From contig CAJOMC010000007.1 of assembly GCA_905235635.1 (NCBI GenBank), positions 18,998-82,997 of the forward strand: DNA of 64,000 nt. The letters are read 5' to 3'. Positions within the stretch are counted from its first letter, which is position 1; every line of letters begins with the position of its first letter. This document shows positions 10,213-21,170 of the stretch, piece by piece. This DNA is from an uncultured Bacilli bacterium. Its GTDB lineage: Bacteria; Bacillota_I; Bacilli_A; Izemoplasmatales; UBA1188. Under the pieces are notes generated by a model. The model had not been told where the DNA came from, searched no databases, and was given only the letters and a program-made list of their open reading frames with translations. The translations under genes and the position numbers were made by a program.

Positions 10213-12220
10213 TAAAGAATTAGAATTTGTCCTAGAAGAAGAGGAACCTAATGAGTTTGCGAATGAAGCAATACTAACTGGTAAGGACGAAGAGTCCACT
10301 AAAGTAGATAAAGGATATGGCAGTGAACAGATACAAATCCTTCATGGACTTGAAGCTGTAAGACTTAGACCTGGTATGTATATTGGTACTACAGGTATTC
10401 AAGGCTTACACCATTTAGTATGGGAAATAGTAGATAACTCAGTAGATGAGGCCTTAGCTGGACACTGTAACCAAATAGACGTCACTTTAAAAGAGGGTGA
10501 TGTAGTTATCGTAAGAGATAATGGTAGAGGTATTCCTATTGATTTACACCCAGAAACCAATAGACCAGCTATTGAGAGTGTATTTACTACACTCCACGCA
10601 GGTGGAAAATTCAATAGTGATGGTGCGTATAGAGTGTCAGGCGGTTTACATGGCGTAGGCGCATCAGTTGTAAATGCTTTATCTGATTGGCTTGAAGTAT
10701 ATGTAAGACGTGATGGTAACGTATATTACCAAAAATATGCAAGAGGCACCATTCTTAACGATTTAACTATAGTTGATCATGTGGATAAAGAAGACACAGG
10801 TACTATGGTAATCTTCCATCCAGATAAAGAAGTGTTCCACGAGGGAACAAAATTCGATTATGAAACTATTCGTTCACATCTCCAACAATTAGCTTTCTTA
10901 AATAAGAATATTGGTTTTTCTGTGGTAGATGAAAGAGAAGAACACCAAAAAGAAAAAATTAATTACTGCTACGAAGGTGGAATTAATGCTTACGTTGAAT
11001 TCTTAAATAGTGGTCAACCTAAAGTAAACCAACATAAGATGTATTTTGAAGGTGAACAACATGGTATCCAAGTTGAAATTGGTGTTCAATACAACACTGG
11101 TTATAGTACACAACTAGGTTGTTACACAAATAATATCGTTAACCCTGATGGTGGTACACACGAGGAAGCATTTAAATCAACATTAACCTATAGACTTAAT
11201 CTTTATGCTAAAACACATAATTTATTTAAGAAAAAAGAAGAAGGTGCTTTAACCGGTGAAGATTGTAGAGAAGGTATGGTTGCTATTGTATCAATTAAGC
11301 ATCCAGATCCACAATTTGAGGGTCAAACTAAGGGTAAACTTGGTAGCCAAGATGCGAAAGCAGTAGTAACTAACATCATGACCCAACAACTTCAACGTTT
11401 CTTAGATGAAAACCCAGATGATGCGAAAGCAATCATCGAAAAGGCAATAAATGCGTCACATGCACGTATTGCCGCAAGAAAAGCAAAAGAACTTGTTCAA
11501 AGAAAAGGTCCTCTTGACTCAATCGGACTTGCATCTAAACTTGTTGACTGTAGAAGCAAAGAACCAGAGAAATCTGAAATCTTCATTGTCGAGGGTAATT
11601 CAGCCGGTGGTTCTGCAATAAAGGGTAGAGACTCCAAATTCCAAGCTATTCTTCCTCTAAGAGGTAAAATCCTTAATGTTGAAAAAGTAAGAATGGATAA
11701 AGTATATGCTAACCAAGAACTTGTTTCTATGATTCAAGCGTTTGGCGCAGGTATTGATGATGACTTCAATATCGAAAAAGCACGTTACCATAAAGTTGTA
11801 ATCATGACCGATGCCGATGTCGATGGTGCACATATTAGAACACTCCTTCTCACCTTCTTCTATAGACATATGAAGCCTTTAATTGAAAAAGGTTATGTAT
11901 ATGTAGCTCAACCACCTCTATATAGAGCTCAATATGGTAAAACTATTCACTATGCTTATTCTGATGAAGAATTAAAAGATATTATGTCTAAAAACCCAGG
12001 AAAGCCATCAATCCAAAGATATAAAGGTCTTGGTGAGATGGACTATAGTCAACTATGGGAAACAACTTTAGATCCTGATAGAAGAATATTACTTAGAATT
12101 ACACTTGATGATGCACAAATCGCAGATCAAACATTCACAATGCTTATGGGTGAAGATGTTGACCCAAGACGTGAATTTATCAATACAAATGCTGGTTACG
12201 TTAAAAACCTTGATTACTAG
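10202..12220 (+). CDS. gyrB: DNA gyrase subunit B
   Basis: LEAVRLRPGMYIG, EIVDNSVDE, VEGNSAGG, MTDADVDGAHI, QRYKGLGEM. Confidence 0.97.
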   Translation: MEDDKELEFVLEEEEPNEFANEAILTGKDEESTKVDKGYGSEQIQILHGLEAVRLRPGMYIGTTGIQGLHHLVWEIVDNSVDEALAGHCNQIDVTLKEGDVVIVRDNGRGIPIDLHPETNRPAIESVFTTLHAGGKFNSDGAYRVSGGLHGVGASVVNALSDWLEVYVRRDGNVYYQKYARGTILNDLTIVDHVDKEDTGTMVIFHPDKEVFHEGTKFDYETIRSHLQQLAFLNKNIGFSVVDEREEHQKEKINYCYEGGINAYVEFLNSGQPKVNQHKMYFEGEQHGIQVEIGVQYNTGYSTQLGCYTNNIVNPDGGTHEEAFKSTLTYRLNLYAKTHNLFKKKEEGALTGEDCREGMVAIVSIKHPDPQFEGQTKGKLGSQDAKAVVTNIMTQQLQRFLDENPDDAKAIIEKAINASHARIAARKAKELVQRKGPLDSIGLASKLVDCRSKEPEKSEIFIVEGNSAGGSAIKGRDSKFQAILPLRGKILNVEKVRMDKVYANQELVSMIQAFGAGIDDDFNIEKARYHKVVIMTDADVDGAHIRTLLLTFFYRHMKPLIEKGYVYVAQPPLYRAQYGKTIHYAYSDEELKDIMSKNPGKPSIQRYKGLGEMDYSQLWETTLDPDRRILLRITLDDAQIADQTFTMLMGEDVDPRREFINTNAGYVKNLDY

Positions 12221-12230
12221 GAGATAAAAA

Positions 12231-14786
12231 ATGGCAGATAAAATTAATGACAACGAAGAAAAATGGTTAAGTGTTAAAAATATTCAAGATATCGATCTAG
12301 TAACATCTATGAAAGATTCTTTCCTTTCATATGCGATGAGTGTAATTGTTGAAAGAGCACTCCCAGATGCAAGAGACGGACTTAAACCAGTACAAAGAAG
12401 AATATTATATGATATGAGTGAACTAGGAATGACTCCAGGCTCACAATTTAAGAAGTGTGCAAGGCTTGTTGGTGATGTTATGGGTAAGTTCCACCCTCAT
12501 GGTGACTCAGCTATCTATGAAGCCACAGTAAGAATGGCACAAGATTTCTCATATAGATATCCGCTTGTAGCTCCTCATGGTAACTTCGGTTCAATTGATG
12601 GATATGAGGCAGCCGCAATGCGTTATACCGAATGTAAGATGCATAAGATTACTGAGGAAATGCTTAGAGATATTGATAAAAATACTGTTCCTTTTGTAGA
12701 TAACTACGATGCAACAGAACAAGAACCTCTCTATTTACCAAGCGCATTCCCTAACCTACTTGCGAACGGTTCAGTTGGTATCGCAGTAGGTATGGCCACA
12801 AACATCCCACCACACAACTTAAATGAATTATGTGATGGTATTGATGCATTTATTGATAACCCTGATATTACATCTGAAGAGCTCATGCAATATGTTAAAG
12901 GCCCAGATTTCCCTACTGGTGGTATTATTGTTGGAAGAAGTGGAATCATTGATATTTACACAAAAGGTAGAGGAAGCGTCCAAGTTAGATCTAAGGTAGA
13001 TATCGTAGAGATGGAAAACGGTAAAAAAGAAATTATCGTTAGAGAAATCCCATATGCAGTTAACAAACAATCTTTAATTAAGAGAATTGCGGATATCGTT
13101 AAAGAAAAACCTCTTCCTGGTCAAGAAAAGAAAGTAGACGGTATCGTTGATTTAAGAGATGAATCATCTGGCGAAGATATTAAGATCGTTATTGAATGTA
13201 AGAGGGATTCATCGCCTGAGGTTATCTTAAATAGTTTATATAAATACACTCAACTTCAAACATCATTTAGCGCTATTATGCTTGCGCTTGTTGATAACCA
13301 ACCGGAACTTTTAACTTTAAGACGTGCAATTGAGGTTTACTATAACCACCAACTCCAAGTTTTAATTAATAAAACTAAATTTGATTTAGATAAAAACACT
13401 CAAAGAAAACATATCCTTGAAGGATATATTATAGCCGTAAATAATATTGATGAATTAATTAAAATAATTAAAGAATCATATGAAAACGTTGAAGACAATG
13501 TAATGGCTAGATTTGGCCTTTCCCTCGAACAGACTAAAGCTATTTTAGCCCTACCTTTAAGACGTCTTTCTGGTCTTGAATTTGATAAGATTAAGGCAGA
13601 ACTTGCTGAGATTGAAAAGAATATTGATTATCTCAATCATGTCCTTGAATCTGATGAAGAAAAACATAATATCATTAAGAATCAAATGAAAGATATGAAA
13701 GATAAATATGGTGATAAACGTCGTACTGAAATTGATGAGTATGGTGATGCAGATATCGATAATGAGGATTTAATCCCTAGAGAAGATATGATTGTCACAA
13801 TCACTGAAGGTGGATACGTTAAGAGAATGAAACCAGAGGAATATCGTGCCCAAAATAGAGGTGGACGTGGTAAGACTGGCGTTAAAGTTTACGACAATGA
13901 TGTGGTTAAGAAAGTACTATTCGCAAACACTCACGATTATCTCTTATTCTTCACTAATTTAGGTAGAGTCTATAAACTTAAAACTTATAGGGTTCCACTA
14001 GCTTCAAGAATCTCGAAAGGTATTCCAGTAGTTAATCTACTTAGAATCCCTGATGGTGAATATTTAACCGCAATGATTGATATTCACGACTTTGATTCAA
14101 ATGAGTTCTTATTCTTTGTGACTAAGAATGGTGTATGTAAGAGAACAGCTGTATCCGATTTCCAAAACATCAATAAAAGTGGTATTAAAGCAATCACTTT
14201 ACGAGAAGGCGATGTACTCCACAACGTACTCGTTACAAATGGTTCACAAGACATTATCGTTGGTGCATCTAACGGTAAAGCTATTAGATTTAATGAAACT
14301 GACGCAAGAGATATGGGTAGAAATGCTGCAGGTGTAAGAGCCATCATGCTTGAAGAAGGTGAATCGGTAATCGGTGTATGTGTTGCAGAAAGAGAAGATG
14401 AACAAATTCTTGTTATCACAGAGAATGGTTATGGAAAGAGAACTAGAGTATCTGAATATAGGCTCCAAACTCGTGGTGGTAAGGGTGTTAAGACTATTCA
14501 AGTAACCGAAAAGAAAGGTAATCTCGCTAAACTAATTTCTGTATCAGGTGATGAAGATTTATTTGCGATTACCAATAAGGGTATGACAATTAGAACCCAC
14601 GTTGATCAAATAAGTGAATCAGGTAGAGCGACTCAAGGCGTTAAAATTATGAACATCCAAGCCGGTCATAAGATTGAAACCATTACTTTACTTCCAAAAG
14701 ATGAAGATGATATGGACGAATTTGAAGAAGTAAAAGTAGAAGAACCAGTAGTAGAAGCTAAAGATGCTTCTGATGAAGTATTTTAG
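12231..14786 (+). CDS. gyrA: DNA gyrase subunit A
   Basis: [16 protein letters not shown], GyrA-box-like QNRGGRG, acidic tail. Confidence 0.97.
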   Translation: MADKINDNEEKWLSVKNIQDIDLVTSMKDSFLSYAMSVIVERALPDARDGLKPVQRRILYDMSELGMTPGSQFKKCARLVGDVMGKFHPHGDSAIYEATVRMAQDFSYRYPLVAPHGNFGSIDGYEAAAMRYTECKMHKITEEMLRDIDKNTVPFVDNYDATEQEPLYLPSAFPNLLANGSVGIAVGMATNIPPHNLNELCDGIDAFIDNPDITSEELMQYVKGPDFPTGGIIVGRSGIIDIYTKGRGSVQVRSKVDIVEMENGKKEIIVREIPYAVNKQSLIKRIADIVKEKPLPGQEKKVDGIVDLRDESSGEDIKIVIECKRDSSPEVILNSLYKYTQLQTSFSAIMLALVDNQPELLTLRRAIEVYYNHQLQVLINKTKFDLDKNTQRKHILEGYIIAVNNIDELIKIIKESYENVEDNVMARFGLSLEQTKAILALPLRRLSGLEFDKIKAELAEIEKNIDYLNHVLESDEEKHNIIKNQMKDMKDKYGDKRRTEIDEYGDADIDNEDLIPREDMIVTITEGGYVKRMKPEEYRAQNRGGRGKTGVKVYDNDVVKKVLFANTHDYLLFFTNLGRVYKLKTYRVPLASRISKGIPVVNLLRIPDGEYLTAMIDIHDFDSNEFLFFVTKNGVCKRTAVSDFQNINKSGIKAITLREGDVLHNVLVTNGSQDIIVGASNGKAIRFNETDARDMGRNAAGVRAIMLEEGESVIGVCVAEREDEQILVITENGYGKRTRVSEYRLQTRGGKGVKTIQVTEKKGNLAKLISVSGDEDLFAITNKGMTIRTHVDQISESGRATQGVKIMNIQAGHKIETITLLPKDEDDMDEFEEVKVEEPVVEAKDASDEVF

Positions 14787-14795
14787 GAGAGATGT

Positions 14796-16073
14796 ATGCT
14801 AGATATTAAGTTTGTAAGAGAAAATCCTGAAATAGTTAAACAAAACATCAGGAATAAGTTTCAAGATGAAAAACTTCCTTTAGTTGATGAAGTTATTGAA
14901 TTAGATAAAACTATTAGAGCCTACAAACAAGAAATTGAATCTTTTAGAATGAAAAGAAACGAGCTTTCTAAACAAATAGGTCTTCTAATGAGGGAAAAGA
15001 AAATATCTGAAGCTGAAAAAGTAAAGGAAGAAGTATCAAATGGTAATAAGAGAATTGAAGAACTAGAGCCTAAACTCGAAGTTCTTCAAAAAGATCTTTA
15101 TGAAAAGATGCTTATAATCCCAAATATCATTGATAAAACTGTGCCTCTTGGTAAAGACGATACAGAGAATGTTGAAATAGAGAAATTTGGTGAACCAACA
15201 GTTCCAGATTATGAAATCCCATACCACGCCGATATCATTTCTAAACTAAATGGTCTAGATAAAGATGCAGCCGCAAGAACATCTGGCAATGGATTCTATT
15301 ATTTAATAGGCGATATAGCCCGTCTTCATAGCGCGATGCTCTCATACGCAAGAGATTTCATGATTGATAAAGGATTTACCTATGCTATTCCACCATTTAT
15401 GATTCATTCGGATGTAGTAAATGGTGTAATGAGCTTTGCTGAAATGGAAAATATGATGTATAAGATTGAAGGAGAAGATCTCTACTTAATTGGTACATCC
15501 GAACATTCTATGATTGGTAGATTTAAAGGCCAAATAGTTAAAGAGGAATCACTTCCAATTACTCTGACTTCTTATTCCCCTTGTTTTAGAAAAGAAGTAG
15601 GTGCTCATGGTATTGAAGAAAGAGGAATATATCGTGTTCATCAATTCGAGAAACAAGAAATGATTGTTTTATGCAAACCAGAAGAATCAATGGATTGGTA
15701 CAACAAGATGTGGTCTTATACTGTTGAATTCTTTAGATCGCTTGATGTTCCAGTAAGAACTCTTGAGTGTTGCTCTGGAGATTTAGCTGATCTAAAGGTT
15801 AAATCGTGTGATGTTGAGGCATGGAGTCCAAGACAAAAGAAATATTTTGAAGTAGGATCTTGCTCAACTTTAGGTGATGCTCAGGCAAGACGTCTTCAAA
15901 TTAGAAGTAAAAATGAAGATGGCACATATCTTCTTCATACCCTAAATAATACTGTTTTAGCTACCCCAAGAGGCTTAATTGCGGTAATAGAAAATAACTA
16001 TAATTCCGACGGTTCAATTAATATTCCAAAGGCACTTCAACCTTATATGGGTGGAAAAAGCGTTATAAAATAG
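14796..16073 (+). CDS. serS: Seryl-tRNA synthetase
   Basis: MLDIKFVREN, LYLIGTSE, CFRKEVG, RVHQFEKQE, HTLNNT. Confidence 0.96.
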   Translation: MLDIKFVRENPEIVKQNIRNKFQDEKLPLVDEVIELDKTIRAYKQEIESFRMKRNELSKQIGLLMREKKISEAEKVKEEVSNGNKRIEELEPKLEVLQKDLYEKMLIIPNIIDKTVPLGKDDTENVEIEKFGEPTVPDYEIPYHADIISKLNGLDKDAAARTSGNGFYYLIGDIARLHSAMLSYARDFMIDKGFTYAIPPFMIHSDVVNGVMSFAEMENMMYKIEGEDLYLIGTSEHSMIGRFKGQIVKEESLPITLTSYSPCFRKEVGAHGIEERGIYRVHQFEKQEMIVLCKPEESMDWYNKMWSYTVEFFRSLDVPVRTLECCSGDLADLKVKSCDVEAWSPRQKKYFEVGSCSTLGDAQARRLQIRSKNEDGTYLLHTLNNTVLATPRGLIAVIENNYNSDGSINIPKALQPYMGGKSVIK

Positions 16074-16078
16074 TAACT

Positions 16079-16105
16079 AGCACACTTTAAGAGTGTGCTT
16101 TCTAT
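16079..16105 (+). terminator. Intrinsic terminator after serS
   Basis: AGCACACT-TTAAG-AGTGTGCT followed by TTCTAT. Confidence 0.6.
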
Positions 16106-16170
16106 TTATATTAGATTGAAAAAACAGGTTAAAAAGACTATAATTAGTTAGATTTTTGTTGAGGTACCTA

Positions 16171-17502
16171 ATGTTCACAAAAATGAAACCTGTTACCCTA
16201 CTTTCTTTAGGGTATTTAGTATCAATCTTTATAGGCACAATATTACTCCTCTTACCTTTCGCATCAAAAAATGGTGGTACATCTTTTGTTGATGCACTAT
16301 TTACCGCTACAAGTGCGACATGTGTTACTGGTTTAGTTCCTTTTGATACATTCACAAATTGGACTATGTTTGGCCAAATAGTAATTCTACTATTAATCCA
16401 GATTGGTGGTGTTGGTTTTATGACCATCATTACCCTTGTGTTTATGATGCTTGGAAAGAGTATTGGTCTTTATAATAGAACCGTTCTTATGCAATCTGCG
16501 GGATCATATAATATCTCCGGAGTAAACGTTTTAATTAGAAGAATAGTGATTGGTACACTCTCTTTTGAGTTTTTAGGTGCACTATTATTATTCTTTGGTT
16601 TTAAGAACACTATGCCAATAGGTACTGCGATATATTTTGGTATTTTCCACTCAATATCTGCCTTCTGTAATGCAGGGTTTGATATTATGGGTGCACCAGG
16701 CGGATCACTCACTGAATACTATAATAATCCTTTGGTGTTAATCACAATAATGTGTTTGATTGTGATTGGTGGTTCAGGTTTTATTGTGTGGAGTGATTTA
16801 ATTGAATCTAAATTTAATGTTACTAAGATTAAAACTCATTCAAAGATAGTTCTCGTGTTTAATACTATTTTAATTCTTGTGGGAGCGCTATTATTCTTCC
16901 TCTTTGAATTCTCAAGTGCACGAGGAAACTATACAGATTTAAGCCTTGGGGATAAAGTATTAAATTCGTTTTTCTTATCAATCACCCCAAGAACCGCAGG
17001 TTTTAATGCACTTGATAATAGTGCGCTCTCTGCGGGTGGTAAAATATTAACTATAATACTAATGTTTATAGGTGGCAACTCTGGTTCTACCGCAGGTGGT
17101 ATTAAGGTAACTACTTTTGTAATAGTATTTTTATCACTCTTTTCAATCGCAAGAGGAAATGATAAAGTTGTAATATTTAAAAGAAGAGTCGCAGATGGTA
17201 TAGTTAAACAATCAGGTGCCTTATTTACTGCTTATGTATCTTTAATTGTATTTGCGAGCCTACTTATTAGTATGGCCGAAAACTTCACATTCGAAGAAAT
17301 ATTATTTGAGGTTGTATCCGCAATAGGTACAGTAGGACTATCACTAGGTATTACCGCTTTCTGCGGTGTATTCTCAAAGATAATATTAATTCTACTCATG
17401 TTTACGGGTAGACTTGGTGCACTCGCACTATTTAGCTTATTTATGAAAAAACGTAATGAAAATATTCTAGACGAACCGCAAGGGAGGGTAATTGTAGGAT
17501 AA
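16171..17502 (+). CDS. ktrB: Ktr/Trk potassium uptake membrane subunit
   Basis: SATCVTGL, SAFCNAGF, PRTAGF, STAGGIK, SAIGTVGLS pore loops; GAGGT RBS before ATG 16171. Confidence 0.9.
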   Translation: MFTKMKPVTLLSLGYLVSIFIGTILLLLPFASKNGGTSFVDALFTATSATCVTGLVPFDTFTNWTMFGQIVILLLIQIGGVGFMTIITLVFMMLGKSIGLYNRTVLMQSAGSYNISGVNVLIRRIVIGTLSFEFLGALLLFFGFKNTMPIGTAIYFGIFHSISAFCNAGFDIMGAPGGSLTEYYNNPLVLITIMCLIVIGGSGFIVWSDLIESKFNVTKIKTHSKIVLVFNTILILVGALLFFLFEFSSARGNYTDLSLGDKVLNSFFLSITPRTAGFNALDNSALSAGGKILTIILMFIGGNSGSTAGGIKVTTFVIVFLSLFSIARGNDKVVIFKRRVADGIVKQSGALFTAYVSLIVFASLLISMAENFTFEEILFEVVSAIGTVGLSLGITAFCGVFSKIILILLMFTGRLGALALFSLFMKKRNENILDEPQGRVIVG

Positions 17503-18176
17503 TGAAAAGTATATTAATTATTGGTATGGGTGAATTTGGCAAACACCTAGGCGCTAAGTTGTTAAAATTAAAGAACGAAGTATGTGTTATTGATCAAAAA
17601 CCAGAGATTATTAACTTAATTCAAAGTGAATATAGTAATGCTTATGTAGGAGACTGTATGCAACTACCTACACTTGAAGAATTAGGCATTAGTAATTTTG
17701 ATGTATGTGTTGTGGCGACTGGATCTAACTTCCAAGCTTCACTTGAAATTACATCACATCTAAAAGAATTGGGTGCAAAACATATTATTGCGAAAGCATC
17801 TTCTGATATTCAATCTAAATTCTTACGACTCGCAGGTGCAGATGAAACCGTCTACCCTGAAAAAGATAGCGCTGAAAAAGTTGCGATTAAATGCAACGTA
17901 TCAAATTTATTTGATTATATTCAAATAAGTGAAGATTATAGTGTTGTAGAAATAGAGATCCCAACATCTTGGCTTGGCAAATCTATTAAAGACCTAGATA
18001 TTAGAAATGAATATGACATTAACGTATTCGCAGTAAAAGATTCAAAAGGAAAAATCTCTATTCCTAGCGCGAATTATGAATTTATTGAAGGTGACCACGT
18101 GTACGCCGTAGGTAAATCTAGCGTTCTCTTTAAATTTAGTAAGAACGTTCCGCCAAAGAAGAAACCACAAGCATAA
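17502..18176 (+). CDS. ktrA: Ktr/Trk potassium uptake NAD-binding RCK subunit
   Basis: IIGMGEFG Rossmann motif, GADETVYPE; coupled to ktrB. Confidence 0.9.
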   Translation: MKSILIIGMGEFGKHLGAKLLKLKNEVCVIDQKPEIINLIQSEYSNAYVGDCMQLPTLEELGISNFDVCVVATGSNFQASLEITSHLKELGAKHIIAKASSDIQSKFLRLAGADETVYPEKDSAEKVAIKCNVSNLFDYIQISEDYSVVEIEIPTSWLGKSIKDLDIRNEYDINVFAVKDSKGKISIPSANYEFIEGDHVYAVGKSSVLFKFSKNVPPKKKPQA

Positions 18177-18180
18177 TAAA

Positions 18181-18210
18181 ATAAGAGTTGGACTCAAATC
18201 CAACTCTTAT
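18181..18210. terminator. Bidirectional terminator between ktrA and HIT gene
   Basis: ATAAGAGTTGGA-CTCAAA-TCCAACTCTTAT between convergent genes. Confidence 0.75.
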
Positions 18211-18614
18211 TTGTTAATATCGGCCAATATTTCACTTAAATTAACTTCTTTAGAATGATCTTTAAAATCAATATCAAAATCATCATTCTCATATCTTGGG
18301 ATAAGATGGATATGGAAATGATCAACTGACTGTAGTGGTCTTTCGTTGTTGTTTATAAGGTTTAAGCCTATTGGGTTTAAAGCCTTTTTTAATTTGTTGG
18401 AAACAAATCTTACCGCATCCATCACGGCTTTTCCATATTCTTCATCTAATTCAAAGATGTTTTTAAAGTGTTTTTTAGGTACAACTAAAGTGTGACCACG
18501 TGTTGCCTGGGTTAAATCTAGAAAAGCTATTACTTTATCATTCTCATATACTATATGAGAAGGAATTTCGTGGTTTGAAATCATACAAAATACGCACATC
18601 TTTTTATTCTCCAT
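18207..18614 (-). CDS. HIT family nucleotide hydrolase
   Basis: CVFC, GHTLVVPKKH, QSVDHFHIHLIPR. Confidence 0.93.
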   Translation of the reverse strand: MENKKMCVFCMISNHEIPSHIVYENDKVIAFLDLTQATRGHTLVVPKKHFKNIFELDEEYGKAVMDAVRFVSNKLKKALNPIGLNLINNNERPLQSVDHFHIHLIPRYENDDFDIDFKDHSKEVNLSEILADINK

Positions 18615-19269
18615 TTATTTTATTTATTACATCTATTAGTTCATCAAAAGAATTAACTACATAGGTAGGTTTTGATTTCTTTAATACATCACTTGCCCAG
18701 TCGTTATATCCACAAAGAACACTCTTAATACCCGCGTTACTCGCAGCATCTATATCACATTCATTATCCCCAACCATAATTATTTCACTAGGAGAAACAT
18801 TAAAGTCTTCTCTAACGAAACTAAAACATTTAGGGTCAGGCTTACCTACACCTACTCTATCAAGTGTTACATATGATGAAAAATATTTTCTTAAACCTAG
18901 TGTATCAAGAGACTGATCAGTGGATGTTTTAAGTTTATTACTCACAAGAGACATCTTATAACCACTATTATATAAGTATTCCATTGTCTCTAAAACAGAA
19001 GGATACAATTTAATTAATGGTTTCTCTATAGACTTATAATAAGTAATAAAGAGTGCAATCATATCTTTGATTTCTTCTTCATCAGAAGTAAAACGGGAAA
19101 ATGTATCTTTTAAAATAGGTCCTAGATATACACGATATTCTTTAAGATTATTAAATCTATATTCTGGGGCATATACTTCAAATACTTTATCAAAGGATTT
19201 AAGTATAACTTCTTCACTATCAACAAGTGTTCCGTCTAAATCAAAACATATTACTTTTATCATACACAT
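18604..19269 (-). CDS. HAD-superfamily phosphatase (PpaX/Gph-like)
   Basis: FDLDGTLVDS, KPDP, MVGDNECDI. Confidence 0.9.
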   Translation of the reverse strand: MCMIKVICFDLDGTLVDSEEVILKSFDKVFEVYAPEYRFNNLKEYRVYLGPILKDTFSRFTSDEEEIKDMIALFITYYKSIEKPLIKLYPSVLETMEYLYNSGYKMSLVSNKLKTSTDQSLDTLGLRKYFSSYVTLDRVGVGKPDPKCFSFVREDFNVSPSEIIMVGDNECDIDAASNAGIKSVLCGYNDWASDVLKKSKPTYVVNSFDELIDVINKINGE

Positions 19270-19316
19270 ATTTTAACAAGAAAGCCCTAATTATTAAAGT
19301 ATGATAAAATAACCAT

Positions 19317-20144
19317 ATGCGAGATAATAAAAATAATAATTCTAAAAATAATAACTTTAAAACTAAAAAGGCACTGGGTCAGTGTTTTTTGACTGATGAA
19401 AGAATATGTGAAAGAATTGTATCACTCGCAGATATTAAAAAAGAAGATATAGTAGTTGAGGTAGGCCCAGGTCTTGGCGCTATCACAAAACATTTGGTAA
19501 AGAAAGCTAAAAAAGTGTATGCGTTTGAGATAGATAATGAAGCTATCCCTATACTCAAGAAAAACACGAGTTTTAGCGATAACCTCATAGTTTATAATGA
19601 AGATATTTTGAAGGCAGATTTATCTTTTTTAGAGGATATTAAAGAAGATGTGATACTTGTATCTAATCTCCCTTACTACATCACATCTCCTATAATCAGC
19701 CTATTTCTTTATAATGTAAAGAAAGTAAAAAGAATGGTTTTAATGGTTCAAAAAGAGGTTGGGGATAGATTAAGCGCTAAAGTATCCACTAAAGACTATA
19801 ATTCTTTCACAATAATCGTGAGTTATTTTAGTAAAGTTACAAAACTTTTAAATGTCTCAAGAGGTTCTTTTACCCCTTCACCTAATGTAGATTCGGTGGT
19901 AATTGAAATAGATAAGATAGATAGAGAAATAAAACCACTTGATGAAGATTTATTTATTAAAGTAGTTAACTCATCTTTTAAAGAAAGAAGAAAGACTATT
20001 TTAAATAATCTTCAGTCATTATACACAAAGGAAAAAGCGGCTATCTATTTAGAAAAAGCCTCTATTGAACCCGGAAGAAGAGCGGAAACTCTTTCTATTG
20101 ATGAATTTATTAACTTAAGTAATGTAATTAAAAATGAGCTTTAA
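19317..20144 (+). CDS. rsmA: 16S rRNA dimethyladenosine transferase
   Basis: KKALGQCFL, EVGPGLGAIT, SNLPYYITSPI, RRAETLS. Confidence 0.95.
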   Translation: MRDNKNNNSKNNNFKTKKALGQCFLTDERICERIVSLADIKKEDIVVEVGPGLGAITKHLVKKAKKVYAFEIDNEAIPILKKNTSFSDNLIVYNEDILKADLSFLEDIKEDVILVSNLPYYITSPIISLFLYNVKKVKRMVLMVQKEVGDRLSAKVSTKDYNSFTIIVSYFSKVTKLLNVSRGSFTPSPNVDSVVIEIDKIDREIKPLDEDLFIKVVNSSFKERRKTILNNLQSLYTKEKAAIYLEKASIEPGRRAETLSIDEFINLSNVIKNEL

Positions 20145-21105
20145 AATTGGAAATGTAGAAATAAAAGGAAAAATACTTCTTGCGCCTATGGCTGGTTATA
20201 CAAACGAAGCCTTCTTTTATGTATGTAAGAAGTATGGTGCATCCCTACTCTCGAGCGAGATGATTTCAGATAAAGGATTAATATATTCAAACGATAAAAC
20301 TATTAATCTAACTAAATTTGATGATTCACTTCACCCTTTTTCTATTCAACTTTTTGGAAACGAAAAAGAGAGTTTAAGCGAAGCTGCGAAGATATTAGTT
20401 GAAAAAGCTCACCCCGATATTATTGATATAAATATGGGTTGTTCAGTACCAAAAGTATATAAGAATGGTTCAGGTTCAGCCCTACTAAAAGACCCGAGTA
20501 AGATAGGTGAAATCATTAAGGAACTTAAAAAAACAGTTGACGTCCCTATCACAATTAAGATTAGAAGCGGAATTAACCATAAAACTCTTAATTATTTAGA
20601 AGTAGGTAAAATCGCAGAAGAAAACGGCGCTAATGCCATTATCTTCCACCCTAGAACTAAGTCTGATTTATTTAGTGGAAAGGCAGATTGGAATCAAATA
20701 AAAGAACTAAAAAACCATCTTCATATCCCAGTAATTGGATCTGGGGATATTAAAACGCCAGAAGATGCGAAAAGAATGCTTGATGAAACAGGATGTGATG
20801 CGGTGATGATAGGTCGTGCCGCGCTAGGTAACCCATTTATTTTTAAAGAAATTAATGAATATCTTGAAAAAGGATACTATACTCCTATCTCATTTGAGGA
20901 AAAGTTTGATACTTTACTTGAACACTATAATCACTTAGTTGAAAGAAAAGGAGAAAGAATTGCGACTCTTGAAGCTCGTAGTTTCGCGTCCTTTTATGTG
21001 AAAGGTATGCCTAATGCTACATATTTTAAGTCAGCTTTAAATAAAATAACTACTAAAGAGGAATTCTTCAAACTCTTTAATGCCTATAAGGAAGAAGTAC
21101 TATAA
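20134..21105 (+). CDS. dusB: tRNA-dihydrouridine synthase
   Basis: LAPMAG, QLFG, DINMGC, VMIGRAALGNP. Confidence 0.92.
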   Translation: MSFKIGNVEIKGKILLAPMAGYTNEAFFYVCKKYGASLLSSEMISDKGLIYSNDKTINLTKFDDSLHPFSIQLFGNEKESLSEAAKILVEKAHPDIIDINMGCSVPKVYKNGSGSALLKDPSKIGEIIKELKKTVDVPITIKIRSGINHKTLNYLEVGKIAEENGANAIIFHPRTKSDLFSGKADWNQIKELKNHLHIPVIGSGDIKTPEDAKRMLDETGCDAVMIGRAALGNPFIFKEINEYLEKGYYTPISFEEKFDTLLEHYNHLVERKGERIATLEARSFASFYVKGMPNATYFKSALNKITTKEEFFKLFNAYKEEVL

Positions 21106-21170
21106 TGTTTATAAAAGACGAATTAATTCATCTTTTATAATTTTCTATATATTGATATAATTTATAGGTA

